A stretch of 64,000 nt of DNA, taken from Minutocellus sp. GHC0000111. Lineage: Eukaryota. Where the stretch lies: NCBI GenBank assembly GCA_977018835.1, contig OZ361256.1:1612001-1676000 (forward strand). The letters are read 5' to 3'. Below the pieces are notes generated by a model. That model was not told the origin of the DNA. It made no database searches and worked only from the letters and a program-made list of their open reading frames with translations. The position numbers and the translations under genes are program-made. Every line of letters starts with the position of its first letter. Positions within the stretch are counted from its first letter, which is position 1. Positions 59,956 through 64,000 of the stretch are shown here, in pieces.

Positions 59956-61605
59956 ATGAGCAAAACAGCCCAAGAGGTCGGATCGACGCAGCGGCACAAG
60001 GAAGGATCCTTTCGATATGCCGAAAAGCGCAGAACAGGAACGTGTCGATTCGCTGATAGGGTGGCGAGCACTGCACTGGAGGAGTATCGTCGCGTCGTCC
60101 CTCAATGTCATCGTGACAAGCAGAAGCATGAATGCGTCGCTGCCATATTGGCGCACTTTCCATCGTCGGTAGCGGTGGAGGACGACGATGATGATGATGC
60201 CACAGCACAGGAAAGTGGTGTCTTACAAGTGATTGGTCTGGGCGTTGGAACGAAATTTCTGCCCGAATCCATCTTGAGGAAAGAGATTGAGGAGTCAGAG
60301 CAAGAAGGCGCCTCAACAGCAACACGATATGGCGAGCGTGTGAGGGATTGTCATGCCGAAGTCCTCGCTCGTCGTGCCTTTCGATGGCAGATAGCGAAAG
60401 AGATTCGCGATGATTTGATGCAGAGGAATCGGTCATGCGAAAACGAAAGTGAAAAGCAGCAGCCTGATTCGCACTACATTCCTGTTTTGCAGAGACTTTC
60501 AGATCAGAGTGATGGTTCTACACCCAATTGTTCATATGGTCTAAAGCCCTGCGTGACTCTACACTTTTATTCTTCGTCAGCTCCTTGCGGAAATGCCTCG
60601 TTGAAGAAATTTGCCAAGATGCAAAAGGAAAAGTTCGATGCCTCCCTTGGACCCGACGAATGGCCGCGCAATAAGACACACGAAATGATCAATGGACATG
60701 CCATTCGCGAGGGTCAATTCTCGTTACTTCTGAAGAAGGACAATAGCACGAGCTTTTGTGAAGTTATGCCGATTGATGACGGCCCAACAAAGCCAAAGGG
60801 AAAGAGATGGCCAGCGAATGAATCAGATGACTGGTGTCCACCCGGCTGTACCATTTCCGAATCCAAGCGTGGCAGCATCCATACTTGTTCCGATAAATTG
60901 GCCAGATGGAACTGCCTCGGTCTACAGGGATCATTGTTGTCATCGATGGTAGATTCTCCACTTCATATGTCGACTTTGACTGTCGGGAGGAAGATGACAA
61001 ATGTCATTTGCCGGAGAGCGGTTTGCTGCAGAGCATGGGGTTATGGGGATGCTGCAGAGCCAAAGGCAAAAGAGAAGAAGAGGGCCAAAATCGAGGATGA
61101 TAGCATAGAGGAAAATTCCTCAAAACAATCGTTTCCAACAGAGAAAAACAAATACAAATTGAACCATCCGGTAATAATGGGCACGTCGGTTTACATCGAT
61201 GAGGATGGCGTCCTGGATATGTCAGGCGAAAGGACCATCGGGCAAGACTTTCGCTTTGAATCCAATCTATGCTGGGCCATGGCCGGTAGTTGGGATGCCG
61301 CCGAATGCATAGATGGAATGACGGGTTATACATGTGCTTTTGATACGGCTTGCGAGGACACTACTATCGAGACAAGCAAACAGAGTATCTCACAGCTAAG
61401 CACAGCCGCACTAGCCGAGCAATTCAACGCTATTGCCAGACTATCGGGTCACAAGGTGGAACTAGATGTCCCTGCAATAACATTGACTTCGCTACACAGT
61501 GTAAAGTTGGCAGTTTCGCCAGAGTATGAGACCGCAAAGGAAAATCTCACATCAAAACACCGCGTCTTTCGGCAGTGGGTCCGAAGAACGACCGTTAACA
61601 AATAG
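59956..61605 (+). CDS. Adenosine deaminase, editase domain (ADAT1/ADAR-like, no dsRBD)
   Basis: LGVGTK, DCHAEVLARRAF, SSAPCGNAS and TCSDKLARWNCLGLQGSLLS motifs of the ADAR/ADAT1 catalytic domain. Confidence 0.88.
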   Translation: MSKTAQEVGSTQRHKEGSFRYAEKRRTGTCRFADRVASTALEEYRRVVPQCHRDKQKHECVAAILAHFPSSVAVEDDDDDDATAQESGVLQVIGLGVGTKFLPESILRKEIEESEQEGASTATRYGERVRDCHAEVLARRAFRWQIAKEIRDDLMQRNRSCENESEKQQPDSHYIPVLQRLSDQSDGSTPNCSYGLKPCVTLHFYSSSAPCGNASLKKFAKMQKEKFDASLGPDEWPRNKTHEMINGHAIREGQFSLLLKKDNSTSFCEVMPIDDGPTKPKGKRWPANESDDWCPPGCTISESKRGSIHTCSDKLARWNCLGLQGSLLSSMVDSPLHMSTLTVGRKMTNVICRRAVCCRAWGYGDAAEPKAKEKKRAKIEDDSIEENSSKQSFPTEKNKYKLNHPVIMGTSVYIDEDGVLDMSGERTIGQDFRFESNLCWAMAGSWDAAECIDGMTGYTCAFDTACEDTTIETSKQSISQLSTAALAEQFNAIARLSGHKVELDVPAITLTSLHSVKLAVSPEYETAKENLTSKHRVFRQWVRRTTVNK

Positions 61606-61675
61606 CAACATTGACAATTTTTTAGTTTCACTCAGGGGCTCTGTACTACTTTTATGTAGATCTATAGACACAACT

Positions 61676-64000
61676 TTACACCCAAAGCATATCTTCTTCT
61701 GACGCTTCCGCATTTGGAGGTGATGCTCTTGTGTCGAATACCTTGCTGCCACCTCCTAATGGGCTGCTCGATGCCGAACCAGGATGCTGCTCTCCCTTCC
61801 GGGTACCAGTCGAATTACGAGATTGAGGAGAGGCCGAACCACACCTGAGCATGGTCTCGATGGATTCTTGTCTTTGGTCTTGATGCAAGGCGGTGGGTCT
61901 AGCTATGCTTGTGCGTTCGGTGTGTTTTGCCTTCGTCATCATCTTTTCTTCGAACCTGCTCAATGCGAGCAAGACGGCACTTCGATTAGGGTGCCGGAGT
62001 CTCTTGACGATGTCCGAGGGAGCACTGCCTTGGCTATTGCGGACCAGTACTCCCCTTGGATAAGCTTCTAGGAGAGCATTGATAGCATCCGGGCTTGTTC
62101 CCGAAAAGCACGCACAATGCAAAGGTAGATTGCTCAAATCATCTCTCTGCTGGGCAGCCGAGGGATACGCTTTCAAGAGCCGTTCAATGACATCGGCGGA
62201 TGCCAACCACGTACAGGCGGCATGCAATGGCAGTTGTCCTCCCGGCATTTTCCTGGTTTCGCATCCATCTTGAAATTTTGCAATAAGCAAGTCTACAACA
62301 TCGACAGGAGGGCTGTTCTCACACAAGAGATAGAGCGGGGTGACCTTGGCTGGATATCCACCCCTGACCGTACAGTGGAAGACATTCGATGACTCTTCAG
62401 GATGCAAACGAATTCGGTGAGGGATCGATGAAAATGAATGGGTCCGTATCAGCGTGACAAGATCTGTCCTTGCAGCGAATGCCTTGGCGGCATCAAGATG
62501 TGCATCCGTAGCCGATCTAACCATCGCCGCCGGCTTGCCCTTTGGCGTACGCGGTGATAGGCGAGACATGAAGCCACTCGATGCAGGCGCGTTTTGACCG
62601 GTCGCGTAATCTTCTGAATCGTCGTCAAAGCTAGCGTCCACATCGACTAGTGTACTGGACGGCTTCATCGCCCCTTGACCGCGACCGTTGCCACCAGATC
62701 CTGGGCTCAGCAATCCTTGCAGGTCTGACATGCCGCCTCCGCTTGTGGGGTGCCCGCCGCCAAGGTTCAATGTGCCCAAGCTGGAATTCAACTCAGCTGT
62801 TGCCCCGGCAGTGGCCCAGTAATTTGGATTCTTCCGCAATGCCCGTACAAGCCCAGCCTGGTTCGCCCGACCGTTTTCACCAGCCATGACCAATGCCTCT
62901 TCCAACGGCGTACGTTCCCATCGGTTTCGGCCAACCACAGCATCCGGGTACGCCTTCATCAGAGCACTGACAACATCCAGGGAACTGACGCCCCAGTGCG
63001 CCGCAAGATGAAGGGGAAGGTATCCGTCCTTGGTCCTTTGTCTTGCCGCGTCGGGATACGCCCGCACAAGTGTTCGGATGACCTTGGCGCTGGCCTGACC
63101 GGATATGGCAATGTGCAGTGGCATCCTGCCACCCTCGGAATCGGTCTTGATGGCACGGGGGTAGGCATCCAGCAAGGCGTTGCACACCAGGAGCGAGTAA
63201 TGATCTCTTCGTGTCGAAGTCACGGATGTAGAAGTGATTTGTGGCATACTGGGAGATAATTTCGAAACTGGGGCCGATTTTGCTCTGTCTTGAACCGAGA
63301 GCGGTGTCGGTCGACTAATGCTCTGTTGATATTGGCGTCGTTGTTGTCCAACTGGACTGGTACTGGTACTGTTGTTATCAACGCCAGCACTGGATCCATT
63401 TGGTTGTGAAGAGTTCTGCTGAGGTACCATCGTGACCTCGATTCCAGCATTTTGCTCAGCACTAATCATTTGCGACATGCCCATTATGGAATAGTCGCGA
63501 CTGTCATGACTATGCCCTCTTCGATGACGCCCCCTTTGAGGCATTTTGGGCGGCCTACTACTGGAAGCCCTGCTCCCTGCCATGCATGCCGCCAGAGAAT
63601 CCGCCGCCAAAGATAGCGGGTCGGATTTGCAGGTCTTGATCGGTCCGGTCAATTCCTCCTCCTCTTCGCCGTCACCATTGTCATCTTGCTCTTGCTGCGG
63701 TTCATCGCCAATTACACTCTCGAGAACATCGTCCAGTTCACTCGACGGAGCCTCTTCGAAGCTCGCGTCCAGATCCACCGGTACCGACGTTCCTCTCCCC
63801 ACGGCCGTCGGTCGGGCTCCCATGGGTAGCAGACTGCCGCCCGTACTAGTAGTACCGCCAATGCTCGTCGCTGGGGACGGCGAGGAAATGTAACCACTCG
63901 CATTTGCATTGCTACTGCTACTACTGCTGGTAATGGTGGTACTGCTGCCCATGCCAAAGACGGCCAGATGAAGCGGCAAACACCCGTGGCGCGATTCGCG
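61676..64000 (-). CDS. Ankyrin-like LPLH-repeat protein, 3' part (5' end beyond window)
   Basis: Repeated G.LPLH.A....S...V..L..AYP.A units in two clusters. The frame is open to the window end. Confidence 0.8.
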   Translation of the reverse strand, partial: RESRHGCLPLHLAVFGMGSSTTITSSSSSSNANASGYISSPSPATSIGGTTSTGGSLLPMGARPTAVGRGTSVPVDLDASFEEAPSSELDDVLESVIGDEPQQEQDDNGDGEEEEELTGPIKTCKSDPLSLAADSLAACMAGSRASSSRPPKMPQRGRHRRGHSHDSRDYSIMGMSQMISAEQNAGIEVTMVPQQNSSQPNGSSAGVDNNSTSTSPVGQQRRQYQQSISRPTPLSVQDRAKSAPVSKLSPSMPQITSTSVTSTRRDHYSLLVCNALLDAYPRAIKTDSEGGRMPLHIAISGQASAKVIRTLVRAYPDAARQRTKDGYLPLHLAAHWGVSSLDVVSALMKAYPDAVVGRNRWERTPLEEALVMAGENGRANQAGLVRALRKNPNYWATAGATAELNSSLGTLNLGGGHPTSGGGMSDLQGLLSPGSGGNGRGQGAMKPSSTLVDVDASFDDDSEDYATGQNAPASSGFMSRLSPRTPKGKPAAMVRSATDAHLDAAKAFAARTDLVTLIRTHSFSSIPHRIRLHPEESSNVFHCTVRGGYPAKVTPLYLLCENSPPVDVVDLLIAKFQDGCETRKMPGGQLPLHAACTWLASADVIERLLKAYPSAAQQRDDLSNLPLHCACFSGTSPDAINALLEAYPRGVLVRNSQGSAPSDIVKRLRHPNRSAVLLALSRFEEKMMTKAKHTERTSIARPTALHQDQRQESIETMLRCGSASPQSRNSTGTRKGEQHPGSASSSPLGGGSKVFDTRASPPNAEASEEDMLWV

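Overview
Gene-dense eukaryotic DNA with short GT-AG introns. It is most likely a diatom, judging by ASAF-type bipartite plastid presequences, diatom-type 7TM and cyclase families and RRL propeptide motifs. About 20 genes are supported: a partial SpoU/TrmH methyltransferase, a DDX24/MAK5 helicase, a PX-domain sorting nexin, a PA/Cys-rich 7TM receptor, an ABCB transporter, the Nipped-B/SCC2 cohesin loader, two P450s, a homocysteine S-methyltransferase, a ~15.6 kb multi-exon gene for a giant extracellular PAN/ricin/HYR protein, RsmG, an ADAT1/ADAR-type deaminase, an ankyrin-like protein and several hypotheticals. Several genes carry single-base frameshifts, mostly at homopolymers, probably long-read consensus errors. 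The most striking signal is a ~1.4 kb block (MITE plus orphan nucleotide-cyclase fragment, ~15365-16800) that is almost purged of TpA. Its conserved Tyr codons read His or Cys, suggesting repeat-targeted TA->CA/TG (A-to-G) hypermutation. Intergenic DNA is full of chained TA-N4-TA palindromes (TACATGTA, TAGATCTA, TACCGGTA) that resemble stacked Tc1/mariner excision footprints. The ABCB transporter has the non-canonical order TMD-NBD-NBD-TMD. All counts and alignments were done by eye and no database searches were run.
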